Origin: Bdellovibrio sp. ArHS
GTDB lineage: Bacteria; Bdellovibrionota; Bdellovibrionia; Bdellovibrionales; Bdellovibrionaceae
DNA: 64,000 nucleotides
Assembly (NCBI RefSeq): GCF_000786105.1
Contig: NZ_JTEV01000006.1
Location: 16,410-80,409, forward strand
Direction: 5' to 3'
Shown: piece after piece, positions 56,100-64,000 of the stretch
Numbering within the stretch: position 1 is the first letter of the stretch
Layout: each line of letters begins with the position of its first letter
Made by a program: the position numbers and the translations under genes
Notes under the pieces: model-generated
Database searches by the model: none
What the model saw: only the letters and a program-made list of their open reading frames with translations
What the model was told of the DNA's origin: nothing

Positions 56100-57671
56100 T
56101 TATTGATTGGCTTCGGCCACCGGAATAAGAATTCGCGCGCCCACCATTAAAGAAGAGGGGTTGCGGATTTTATTCTTTTCTTTGATATCAGACATCGAAA
56201 CGTTGTAGCGTTCCGCGATACCAAGAAGATTTTCGCCGCGTTTAACGACATGCACTTTGGCCTTGGCTTTAGCCACCGACTTTGTTGCTTCACGTGCGGA
56301 AGAACTGTCTGGAGTTGGCACTCGGATCTTCATTCCAACCTTCAAAGTCCGACCGCGTTTGATCTGATTTAAACGCTGAAGTTCAGACACGCTGGTAGAA
56401 TATTTGCGCGCAATCGTGAACAAAGAATCACCGGACTGAACGATGTAATAACGTCCATCAGTACTTACGCTGACACTGCGAGTTTCTGTTTTTGACTGTT
56501 TCGCCACTTGCGACGCCGAACGACTTCTTAAAGGCGTGCGATCGGGAACTTGGATTCTCATACCTACGCGCAACGGTTTGCGACGAGGAAGATCATTCAA
56601 GTCACGAAGATAAGCCACCGTTGTGCGGTAACGACGCGCCACCGTGCTTAAGGTATCGCCCTGACGAATGCGATAGACTTGAGTGTCGCCCGAATCAGCC
56701 ACGAATTGCACGTTTTGCACAACACTTTCATTCGCGGCGATCAAAGCCTGCTCAGATGTCCCTGGAGGAATACGCAGAACCAGTTCAGATCCCTTCACCG
56801 GAGCCACTTCCCCTTTATACTTCGGGTTCAAGGCTTTGAAGTCTTCGTAGTTCAGGTTCAACTTGTCTGCCATTGCACGAAGGTTGACGGGTTTATCTAA
56901 AGTGATGTGGTCAAATTCGATTGGCGGAAGATAGTCGATTTCACCAAAGCCGTACTTATCCGGTTCTTTGGCAATCAACTTCGCAGCGATAAATTTTGGT
57001 ACGTAGTTGATTGTCTCGGCAGGAAGTCTTCTTTTGCGAGCCAACTCCCAGAAGTCACGCGTGTAATGATTCATCACTTCGCGCTTCACGCGGTTTTCGC
57101 CGACGTTATAAGAAGCCATCGCCAAATACCAAGAGCCGAAGACACTGTAAAGACCCTTGAAGTATTCCGCCGCTGCCTGAGTTGCGAAAACAGGGTCACG
57201 TCTTTCATCCACAAACGCATTGATATCCAGACCGTAGCGTTTACCCGTTCCACGAATAAACTGCCAGTAACCAACAGCGGAAGCATGCGATGTCGCTTTT
57301 GAACTAAATCCGGATTCAATAAGAGCGATGTAAAAAAGATCTTCAGGAAGTCCGTTATCACGCAAAACTTTTTTCATCAGTTTTTCATAACGTGTCGAAC
57401 GTGCTAGGTATCTTTCCATATGAGGACGTCCGCGTCCTTGAAAGTAGGCAATCCATTTTTCAACCAAAGGATTCACTTCTGTGGGAATGGATTCCAATTC
57501 TTGGTCGACCACTTTGGGACCTTCAGGATCTGAAAGACGGAATGAACCGATATCTTTCATTTCTCCATCACCAGACCGGGTTCCCGCGGCACCGTTTGCT
57601 CCAGTGCTGCCTTTATGCGCACATCCCGCCATAAAGGCCAGAACCAAACTCAATGTTAAAAGTCTCCTCAT
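56100..57671 (-). CDS. mltD: membrane-bound lytic murein transglycosylase D with three LysM domains
   Basis: Lipobox MAGC; IALIESGF, AVGYWQF, MASYNVGE, ETINYVPK; three LysM repeats (YRIRQGDTL, YIVQSGDSL, HVVKRGENL). Confidence 0.95.
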   Translation of the reverse strand: MRRLLTLSLVLAFMAGCAHKGSTGANGAAGTRSGDGEMKDIGSFRLSDPEGPKVVDQELESIPTEVNPLVEKWIAYFQGRGRPHMERYLARSTRYEKLMKKVLRDNGLPEDLFYIALIESGFSSKATSHASAVGYWQFIRGTGKRYGLDINAFVDERRDPVFATQAAAEYFKGLYSVFGSWYLAMASYNVGENRVKREVMNHYTRDFWELARKRRLPAETINYVPKFIAAKLIAKEPDKYGFGEIDYLPPIEFDHITLDKPVNLRAMADKLNLNYEDFKALNPKYKGEVAPVKGSELVLRIPPGTSEQALIAANESVVQNVQFVADSGDTQVYRIRQGDTLSTVARRYRTTVAYLRDLNDLPRRKPLRVGMRIQVPDRTPLRSRSASQVAKQSKTETRSVSVSTDGRYYIVQSGDSLFTIARKYSTSVSELQRLNQIKRGRTLKVGMKIRVPTPDSSSAREATKSVAKAKAKVHVVKRGENLLGIAERYNVSMSDIKEKNKIRNPSSLMVGARILIPVAEANQ

Positions 57672-57743
57672 GAGTCCTCTCCTATCTGACACACAGATTT
57701 CAGGCTACAAAACTCAGAGCCTTTTTTCAATAAAGTATCTCCC

Positions 57744-59972
57744 TTATTTTGCCTTTTTATTCTGCACATCCTGCCATAGGACGGGTTTCAGAGTGAAACT
57801 GCCCTCCTCGACGAGACCATAGAGCAAAATATTACGCAGAATGGCTTTCACGTAGAAGCTCGTCTCATTCCACGGCAACTCATCAAACCATATTTCGTCG
57901 CGCACATTGCTTGATTTTTGGGACAGCAGCTCGGAAATCTCCACCCGACCTTCCATCCACGTCCGCATTCGGTAGGGTCCTGCGTTATAGGCCGCCAAAG
58001 CGAATGGCACATTATTCTCAAACTGGTCCAACATCTGGGAAATATAAAAAGATCCCATCGGAATATTTACTTCGGGGCGGAACATATCCTCGGGAAGCTC
58101 GACTTTCATCCCGAGTTTTTTAGAAACTTCCTGGGCTGTCGGCGGAATCATCTGCATCAATCCCAATGCGTTGGATGTGGACACCGCCTGCAAATTAAAT
58201 GCACTTTCCTGACGAGTTAAGCTGCGCAGAAAGTTGATATGGATGCCATAGCGTTCCGCTTCCGCCTGATAAAGCGACGTGTAAACTTCAGGATACCCCA
58301 ATTTAACAAACTGCTCCCGACGCAAGCGAGGGTCCGCTTCCATCGCTGATCCGACAAGACGAATCGCCATCATATACTGTTGACGGTCCGCCAACTTTTC
58401 CGCCAACGCGACCTTCAATGTCGGGTCCTTCATGAAAGGCAGTGCCGCCAATTCCGATTGTGCTTCACTGACCCACCCCGCATCGGACAAAGACTTAAAT
58501 CGCTTCCACATCTTTTTCTGTGGGCCCGCTAAAAACAATTCGCTTTGTAACTTGGGCGCTTTGTCCTTCAGGTCTGGCCACGTCAGTTTGCCGTTTTGTG
58601 ATTCTGCTTTTAAGCGCAGTCCATAGTACGAAAAAGGATATTTTTCGATGAGTTCAGCCGCCACCTGTTGCGCTTTTTCAGGATTTGTCTGCTGCAGACT
58701 GCGCACAAACCAATACCGCGCATTCAGATCATAGCGATCCCGGTTTTGCAGAAGCAATTTTTCCAGCACCGCACTGGCCGAAGAATAATCCTTGCGGCGA
58801 AAATGAATCAGCGCCGAACGCAGCATCGCTTCGGCCGCCTCGTCGGACCCATTATGATAAGCCATCAGTGCCGCGAAACTTTCCAAAGCCCGGTCGTATT
58901 GCCCCAAAAAATGCGCCGAACGACCGACAATCCAAAGAGCACTGGTCGATTGCAATCCGCCGGGATTTTTCTGCAATACGGTCTGCGCCAAAGACATGGA
59001 ACCACTGTAGTCACCGCGTCGATGCAGATTTTGCGCCCATTCTATCAACCGACTTCCGTCGGCCTGTTCCATTTCGTCAAGCGCTTTGATCTTGGCCAGC
59101 TTTTCGGAAAGTGCGTTGTAAATTTCTAACGGCTTGTCGCGCAGGCGCTTTGCGGAACGACTGCCGGGATATTGATTTAAAATCGTGATCACATCTTTGA
59201 GCGCCGAAATAGAATCGTCCTGCTTGAGTGATTGGCGCAGACGCTCTTCAATCTTCATCTCTTCCGTCATCACCTCAACCGCAGCTTCCGGAGCCAGTTT
59301 TGGGGCCGTCACGCCTTTCGCCTTAAGCAAGAAATCCAATTTATCCTGAAGATATTTTGAATCTTTCTGATCTTGCGCCTCTTCGTACAAAAACTGCGCT
59401 TCGCCATAGTTCACTTTCAATAGCGCCAGATCTCCGAGCAATTGGAAAATCGTGGATTTCTGCTCTTTGCTCAGTTTCAAACCGCTGCCCAGAAGATCTT
59501 CTAAAAGAGGACCCGCCTTGTGATGCTTCTGAGTGACCTGATCTTCCAGATAAGCCAGTCGTAAAGCCACCCAGTTTTCCGTCACAGTGTCTGACCATGG
59601 GCCGTCCTGAAAAAGATCTTTATGACTATAAATCGTCGTCAAAGCCTTTTCCACCGCCGTAAAATTGGTTTTCTTTTTTTGCGCCTGATTCAAACAATGC
59701 AACCAGGTTTGTGCCACCCACCCGCGCAAATCTTTTTGCGTAGAAAAAACCGACGGAGCCAGGTTCACGCACTCGGCCCATTTCAAATGTATCTCGTAGT
59801 CCTTCAACTGCGATAGTGGCGATAGTTTCGTTTTCTTATGCGAAGTGGCCTGATAAAGATCGACACTTTTTTTGGCACTCAGATCCTTTAAGACGTCCAC
59901 CTTCTGCACCTGAGCAAAAACGGTGGCACTGCAGAGCAAGGTGGTCATAAAGACTGTCGTTTTCATTTTCAC
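57744..59972 (-). CDS. slt: soluble lytic transglycosylase Slt70-like with TPR superhelix
   Basis: TPR helices; TRQESAF, ALGLMQM, ALAAYNAGP, ETSFYVK. Confidence 0.93.
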   Translation of the reverse strand: MKMKTTVFMTTLLCSATVFAQVQKVDVLKDLSAKKSVDLYQATSHKKTKLSPLSQLKDYEIHLKWAECVNLAPSVFSTQKDLRGWVAQTWLHCLNQAQKKKTNFTAVEKALTTIYSHKDLFQDGPWSDTVTENWVALRLAYLEDQVTQKHHKAGPLLEDLLGSGLKLSKEQKSTIFQLLGDLALLKVNYGEAQFLYEEAQDQKDSKYLQDKLDFLLKAKGVTAPKLAPEAAVEVMTEEMKIEERLRQSLKQDDSISALKDVITILNQYPGSRSAKRLRDKPLEIYNALSEKLAKIKALDEMEQADGSRLIEWAQNLHRRGDYSGSMSLAQTVLQKNPGGLQSTSALWIVGRSAHFLGQYDRALESFAALMAYHNGSDEAAEAMLRSALIHFRRKDYSSASAVLEKLLLQNRDRYDLNARYWFVRSLQQTNPEKAQQVAAELIEKYPFSYYGLRLKAESQNGKLTWPDLKDKAPKLQSELFLAGPQKKMWKRFKSLSDAGWVSEAQSELAALPFMKDPTLKVALAEKLADRQQYMMAIRLVGSAMEADPRLRREQFVKLGYPEVYTSLYQAEAERYGIHINFLRSLTRQESAFNLQAVSTSNALGLMQMIPPTAQEVSKKLGMKVELPEDMFRPEVNIPMGSFYISQMLDQFENNVPFALAAYNAGPYRMRTWMEGRVEISELLSQKSSNVRDEIWFDELPWNETSFYVKAILRNILLYGLVEEGSFTLKPVLWQDVQNKKAK

Positions 59973-61471
59973 TCCTCACCTCCGACGACTTCCGCGTTTT
60001 CAAAAGGAAGGTTCGGGAAAACAGATTTCTTCAAATACACAATGGAGGGCTCACGCGCCTGACGGAAAACAATTTGTAATTTCCAATAAGCCTCTTTTAC
60101 GACAACATCAACATCTGTTGAATCCATCGGATCACAGAAATAAATCATCGCGTCCGGCAACAAGCTTTTCGAACACAGATTGTAATCCAGTTTTGTAAAA
60201 GAACGCAAAACCCAAGGCCAAGGCCATTGTTCTTTCATACCGATCTGGACGGGCTGCGAAAATAATTCGGGGTTCTTACGAACTTCCTCCAGAATATACT
60301 CCTGCAGTTTTTCCAACTCATAGGTGGAATTCACGTAGATATACGGATGCGCAAAATCCAGCGGATGTGCATACGAAGACAGGTACATGCTGCGAAGATT
60401 GAAGAACGCTAAAACAGCGACGACAGACACAGCGACCCACTTCAGCGCGGCACGCGTGAAAAACGACTGCAGGGAATATGCTAAGACAAGATAGAATCCC
60501 CAAACCAGAGACAGGATGCACCAGACCGTTTTATAAGGAATCAGCGAATAAATAAAAAGTTGAGAAAGCGAAAAGACGCTGACGACACGAAGAGATTTGT
60601 TTTTGGAAAACATCCCGGGAACAGAAAGGGCCACACCCAGCAGAGCCAGGGGCTCGGCCTGCCACAAAACCTTCAGCCAATAAAAAAACTCTTTTTCGTG
60701 TCCTTTACCGTGCACACCTGTTTGCAGCCAAGGAACAATGGCTTTAAAGAAGTCAGCCAGCCCCATCATGTTTTTAAAGAAACCGGTAAATAGTTGCACA
60801 AAGAGAATCACCAGAATCAAGGTCAACCAGGATAACTTTTGACTCCAGGCGGACTTCAGTTTTGACCAGGCAAAGATTTCTTGCAATGTGGCTGGCCCCA
60901 ACGACAGAAGCCCCAAGAGCCAACAAAAGCCCGTGACGGTGAAGGTCTCTTTCAGAACCATCATTCCCACAACTCCCGTCAACACCAAGGCGAAGGCTTT
61001 GCCGTCTGGTTTTTCAAACCAACGCAAGAACCCCATGGCGAATAGCAATTGAAAAAAAACAAAGGGTGATTCATGAATCCCGGACCGACCAAAAAAAAGA
61101 ACGGCGGGGCTTAATAACAGAAACACGGCCATCGTATTTAAGACCGTGCCCTTCTTTAACAAGGGAAAAAAGAAAAGCATGATGCTGAACACACTGAAGG
61201 TTGCCGGCACCGCCCGCAGGGTTTCCACACTGGCGCCCCACAGAAATTCGAAGAATTGAATCAGGTAAAACAAGAGCGGACCGTGATAATTTGTGGGGTC
61301 GTACTTGTAATACCCCAGGGCCTGCATCTGGATTACAAACCAGCCGTTAATACTTTCATCAAAGTGAATAGGCTTGTTGCCCAAGTCATAAAAACGCGTC
61401 ACGACTGTCAACAGCAGTAGTGCTACCCATAACAGAGCCCCATAGTATTGCGTGACCTTTGCAAATTTCAT
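59969..61471 (-). CDS. polytopic GT-C-fold glycosyltransferase (PMT/ArnT-like; TIGR03663/Agl23-like)
   Basis: IHFDESING...YDPTNYHGP luminal loop, KET motif, 11-12 TM segments; ATGA overlap with slt. Confidence 0.8.
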   Translation of the reverse strand: MKFAKVTQYYGALLWVALLLLTVVTRFYDLGNKPIHFDESINGWFVIQMQALGYYKYDPTNYHGPLLFYLIQFFEFLWGASVETLRAVPATFSVFSIMLFFFPLLKKGTVLNTMAVFLLLSPAVLFFGRSGIHESPFVFFQLLFAMGFLRWFEKPDGKAFALVLTGVVGMMVLKETFTVTGFCWLLGLLSLGPATLQEIFAWSKLKSAWSQKLSWLTLILVILFVQLFTGFFKNMMGLADFFKAIVPWLQTGVHGKGHEKEFFYWLKVLWQAEPLALLGVALSVPGMFSKNKSLRVVSVFSLSQLFIYSLIPYKTVWCILSLVWGFYLVLAYSLQSFFTRAALKWVAVSVVAVLAFFNLRSMYLSSYAHPLDFAHPYIYVNSTYELEKLQEYILEEVRKNPELFSQPVQIGMKEQWPWPWVLRSFTKLDYNLCSKSLLPDAMIYFCDPMDSTDVDVVVKEAYWKLQIVFRQAREPSIVYLKKSVFPNLPFENAEVVGGEE

Positions 61472-61489
61472 TGTTAACTATCGTTAAAG

Positions 61490-62221
61490 ATGGATTCTTC
61501 AGTGTCAACCTTGCATTGCTCGTTCGTGATTTATCTGCATAAAGATGCGGCCTTCATTCCTACGTTCATCAAAGATCTGCGCAGTTTTTTTCAGAAATTC
61601 CCACTGAATTACGAGGTGGTGGCGGTCATCGAAAAAAATGCCAAAGAGGCCTTTAACATTATGAAGTCGGCGCAGACAGAGTCTTCTTCTCGAGAACACA
61701 TTCAGATTTTGTACAATGATAGATATTTGGGGCGAGCGGAAAGTTTACGGCGAGCCTTCACCAAGTCGCAAGCGCCCTTTGTTTTAGTGACAGACCCATT
61801 GCTCTCGACTCCTTTGGGAGATCTTTTTAAAATTCTGCAAAATCTTATGACCGACACCTCGGTGGCGATGTGCTGGGGCGAGCGGGTCTCTAAGAAAGAC
61901 AGCCTTTTTCATCGCCGAACGGGGCCCCGTCATTCGGTCGAGCACTTGTTCACAGGAATTTTTAAAGACATCAAACGAGGCTTCGGCTCTTTGGACCCCT
62001 TCTGCGAAATAGGTGGCTTCTCGAAACGAGCTTGGAACGAAATAGAACCGCATCTTCCGAAAAAACTGAATGGGTGGTATTTACATCCGGACCTGCACAA
62101 AGCTTTTTCTAAAAGTGGCGAAAAGATTCTGGAGATTCCGATCTGGGATTCAGGAGCAACATCTCTGTCCTATGGACTCGTAAAAGCTCGGTGGAATCTT
62201 TTTGCGAAAAGCCTTCTATAA
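61490..62221 (+). CDS. degenerate family 2 glycosyltransferase (Dol-P-Man synthase-like)
   Basis: SFVIYLH, YEVVAV, GRAESLRRAF, VLVTDPLLSTP (DAD replaced), DPFCEIGGF, EIPI. Confidence 0.7.
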   Translation: MDSSVSTLHCSFVIYLHKDAAFIPTFIKDLRSFFQKFPLNYEVVAVIEKNAKEAFNIMKSAQTESSSREHIQILYNDRYLGRAESLRRAFTKSQAPFVLVTDPLLSTPLGDLFKILQNLMTDTSVAMCWGERVSKKDSLFHRRTGPRHSVEHLFTGIFKDIKRGFGSLDPFCEIGGFSKRAWNEIEPHLPKKLNGWYLHPDLHKAFSKSGEKILEIPIWDSGATSLSYGLVKARWNLFAKSLL

Positions 62222-63190
62222 AACCTGTTTCAATGCGAGCAAGGCTTCATGAAGATAATAATCCAGCCAGCGCACCGAACCTAAGGGCGTTTTTTGCTTA
62301 GCTAAATACCCCATGTGCCCGCCTCGCGCCTCGACATGCAAAACCGTACTTTTGGAAAACGAGGCCTTCATATAGCTTTCTACCGAAACGAAGGGATCGT
62401 CTTGAGCCGTCAACACATACGTCGGCGTCTGAATTTTGGGCACATAGTGAATGGCCGAGCAGTTTTGATAATAGTCAAAACGATCCTTAAAACCCGCTGC
62501 AGGTGCGGTGTAGATTTGATCCATATCCCAAATAGTCGACCAAGCCGGAATGTCATATCTTTTCGGAATCAACCCTTGGCGATATTTTTCTTCCACGTTC
62601 TTTCGCAATCGTAAGACGAAGCGCAAATCATAAAGGCGATTAAAGCCTGTTTTTAAAAGCTGAGAGCCCTGCAAAAGGTCGATGGGCGCATTCACCGCAA
62701 TAGCTCCATCGGGCTTTTCTTCTCCACGAAAACCGCCCAAAAGACAAAGCAGAATATTTCCACTCATGGAAAAGCCGACCGCCACCTGCTTTTTACCAGG
62801 AAACAATTCGCGAAGCTTTTTTAAGACACAGGACATGTCATCGGCCCGACCGGAATGATAGGGATTTCGCGCATAAGCCGCCCCGGCACCCGCCCCCCGA
62901 TGGTTCACCAACACCACCGAATGTCCCAACTGCTGACAGACCCTGGCCGTTCTTTGCATGTAATCTGAAGTCACATCCCCCGACAGTCCATGATAGATGC
63001 TGACCACGGTGTCGGAAATGCCAGGGAGATGATAACAAAAAAGTCGATCCCCATCCGGAAGATCGACTTCAAATTTATTGCCAAAATGTGTGAGCTCGGG
63101 AGATTTTAAAAAATGAGACCATAAAGTCTGCCCGTGGCCGCTGTCGGCCCAAAAGGGAGCTTTACATGGAATCAAATCTAATCTTTGCAA
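62216..63190 (-). CDS. YheT-family alpha/beta hydrolase
   Basis: HGLSG, NHRGAG, GFSMSG nucleophile, DDPF, GGHMGY catalytic His. Confidence 0.92.
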   Translation of the reverse strand: MQRLDLIPCKAPFWADSGHGQTLWSHFLKSPELTHFGNKFEVDLPDGDRLFCYHLPGISDTVVSIYHGLSGDVTSDYMQRTARVCQQLGHSVVLVNHRGAGAGAAYARNPYHSGRADDMSCVLKKLRELFPGKKQVAVGFSMSGNILLCLLGGFRGEEKPDGAIAVNAPIDLLQGSQLLKTGFNRLYDLRFVLRLRKNVEEKYRQGLIPKRYDIPAWSTIWDMDQIYTAPAAGFKDRFDYYQNCSAIHYVPKIQTPTYVLTAQDDPFVSVESYMKASFSKSTVLHVEARGGHMGYLAKQKTPLGSVRWLDYYLHEALLALKQVL

Positions 63191-63666
63191 TAGAATTTCC
63201 CGTTTACGAAAACATAACCATCAGGGCGTTTGCCACGAGGGTCATGGTGAAGCCAATGCAACAAGCCACCTTTATTTGTCCAAATAAATTGGCCACCCAT
63301 TGCCACGACGTCGCCCACTTTCACTGGAACACGCGGGCACATGTCTGAATTATACACTGCTTGCATATTCTTGCCATTGGAAAGACGGACAGTCCATTTT
63401 TGATGAGCTAAACCATTGTTGTCATCGGGCAAGATTTTTACGACAACCATGCTGCCACCTTCGACGAAATCAACACGACGTTGATCACTGATGGCTCTGA
63501 CAATATCCGCATCGCTGGATTTTTCATCGATCAACGAAGATTGTGAATTTTCAATTTGTTCAGAAACCGGATTGATTTCCTGACGATTTTTACGTTTTGC
63601 TTCAACCGTCTCATAAGAAGATAGAACAAAGACAACACTAAGAACGACAGCCCATTTCATATTCAT
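63178..63666 (-). CDS. DUF3465-like secreted OB-fold protein
   Basis: VVKILPDDNNGLAHQKW...CPRVPVKVGD.V..GGQFIWTNKGGLLHWLHHDP...PDG. Confidence 0.85.
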   Translation of the reverse strand: MNMKWAVVLSVVFVLSSYETVEAKRKNRQEINPVSEQIENSQSSLIDEKSSDADIVRAISDQRRVDFVEGGSMVVVKILPDDNNGLAHQKWTVRLSNGKNMQAVYNSDMCPRVPVKVGDVVAMGGQFIWTNKGGLLHWLHHDPRGKRPDGYVFVNGKFYCKD

Positions 63667-63813
63667 TAGTCCCCCCCGGGATATGAGGACAGAGTGTGGC
63701 CGCTTTAAGACACAAAGACAATTTCAAAAATAAAAAAATGGGGTGGAAAGTTTCCTTGTCGACGCTACGCTGTAAATTTTATAAAGCGCATTAACAGCGC
63801 TCAATTTAAAATC

Positions 63814-64000
63814 TTACTTATATTCGATCTTTTCTATAGTGACATACTCTTCACCGGCGGGCTTCACGATGCGAACCTCATCTCCGGCCTTCTTGCCAAG
63901 TAAAGCCTTGGCAACGGGAGACTTCCACGAAATCTTTCCGTTTTTGGGGTCAAACTCATCTTCCCCGACGATTTGATAAACCACTTCCTCTCCCTCTTCA
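63814..64000 (-). CDS. greB: transcription elongation factor GreB (C-terminal part; runs off window end)
   Basis: Not in ORF track. Manual translation: [49 protein letters not shown]...IEYK*. ISWxSP is typical of GreB. Confidence 0.88.
   Translation of the reverse strand, partial: EEGEEVVYQIVGEDEFDPKNGKISWKSPVAKALLGKKAGDEVRIVKPAGEEYVTIEKIEYK

Noticed and set aside
57662-57676. GTCTCC-tca-TGAGTC match to the recurring palindrome
   Set aside because: Lies across the mltD start codon and is constrained by coding and RBS sequence; not counted.
1-64000. CRISPR arrays, tRNA/rRNA genes, IS elements, prophage genes
   Set aside because: No regularly spaced repeats, cloverleaf or rRNA signatures, transposase, integrase or phage structural motifs seen. 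Intergenic gaps are short and otherwise explained.

Overview
Chromosomal window from a Bdellovibrio-like predator (Bdellovibrionota). This is inferred from gene content: an Agl/Glt gliding cluster, many secreted wall-modifying enzymes, alpha2-type GlyRS, PPDK and a c-di-GMP riboswitch RNA. I count about 55 CDS, mostly on the minus strand. Housekeeping genes are tyrS, rny, ygfA, zapA, ftsY, smc, ppdK, glyQS, mrp and partial greB. Also present: two divergent L,D-transpeptidases, an MCP, an FHA/MotA-like/MotB-like module, a large Ig+NHL lipoprotein, a 10-gene gliding-type operon, an orphan RND pump, and two lytic transglycosylases downstream of a GT-C glycosyltransferase. I saw no tRNA, rRNA, CRISPR array, transposase or prophage. 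Best leads: (1) a ~450-nt transcript at 52.58-53.03 kb with a c-di-GMP-I riboswitch whose 3' end forms an anti-SD/SD switch over a 14-codon ORF, plus a second 14-codon ORF with a perfect SD; (2) a ZorAB-like ion-motor pair coupled to an FHA coiled-coil membrane protein; (3) a C-protein-like XRE gene flanked by two copies of a 35-bp double operator, one just downstream of a sigma28 promoter of the chemoreceptor; (4) sigma54-type promoters paired with a recurring GTCTCA-N3-TGAGAC palindrome; (5) RNase Y and Mrp/ApbC homologues that have lost their metal-binding residues. All family calls come from motif recognition by eye; no database search was run.
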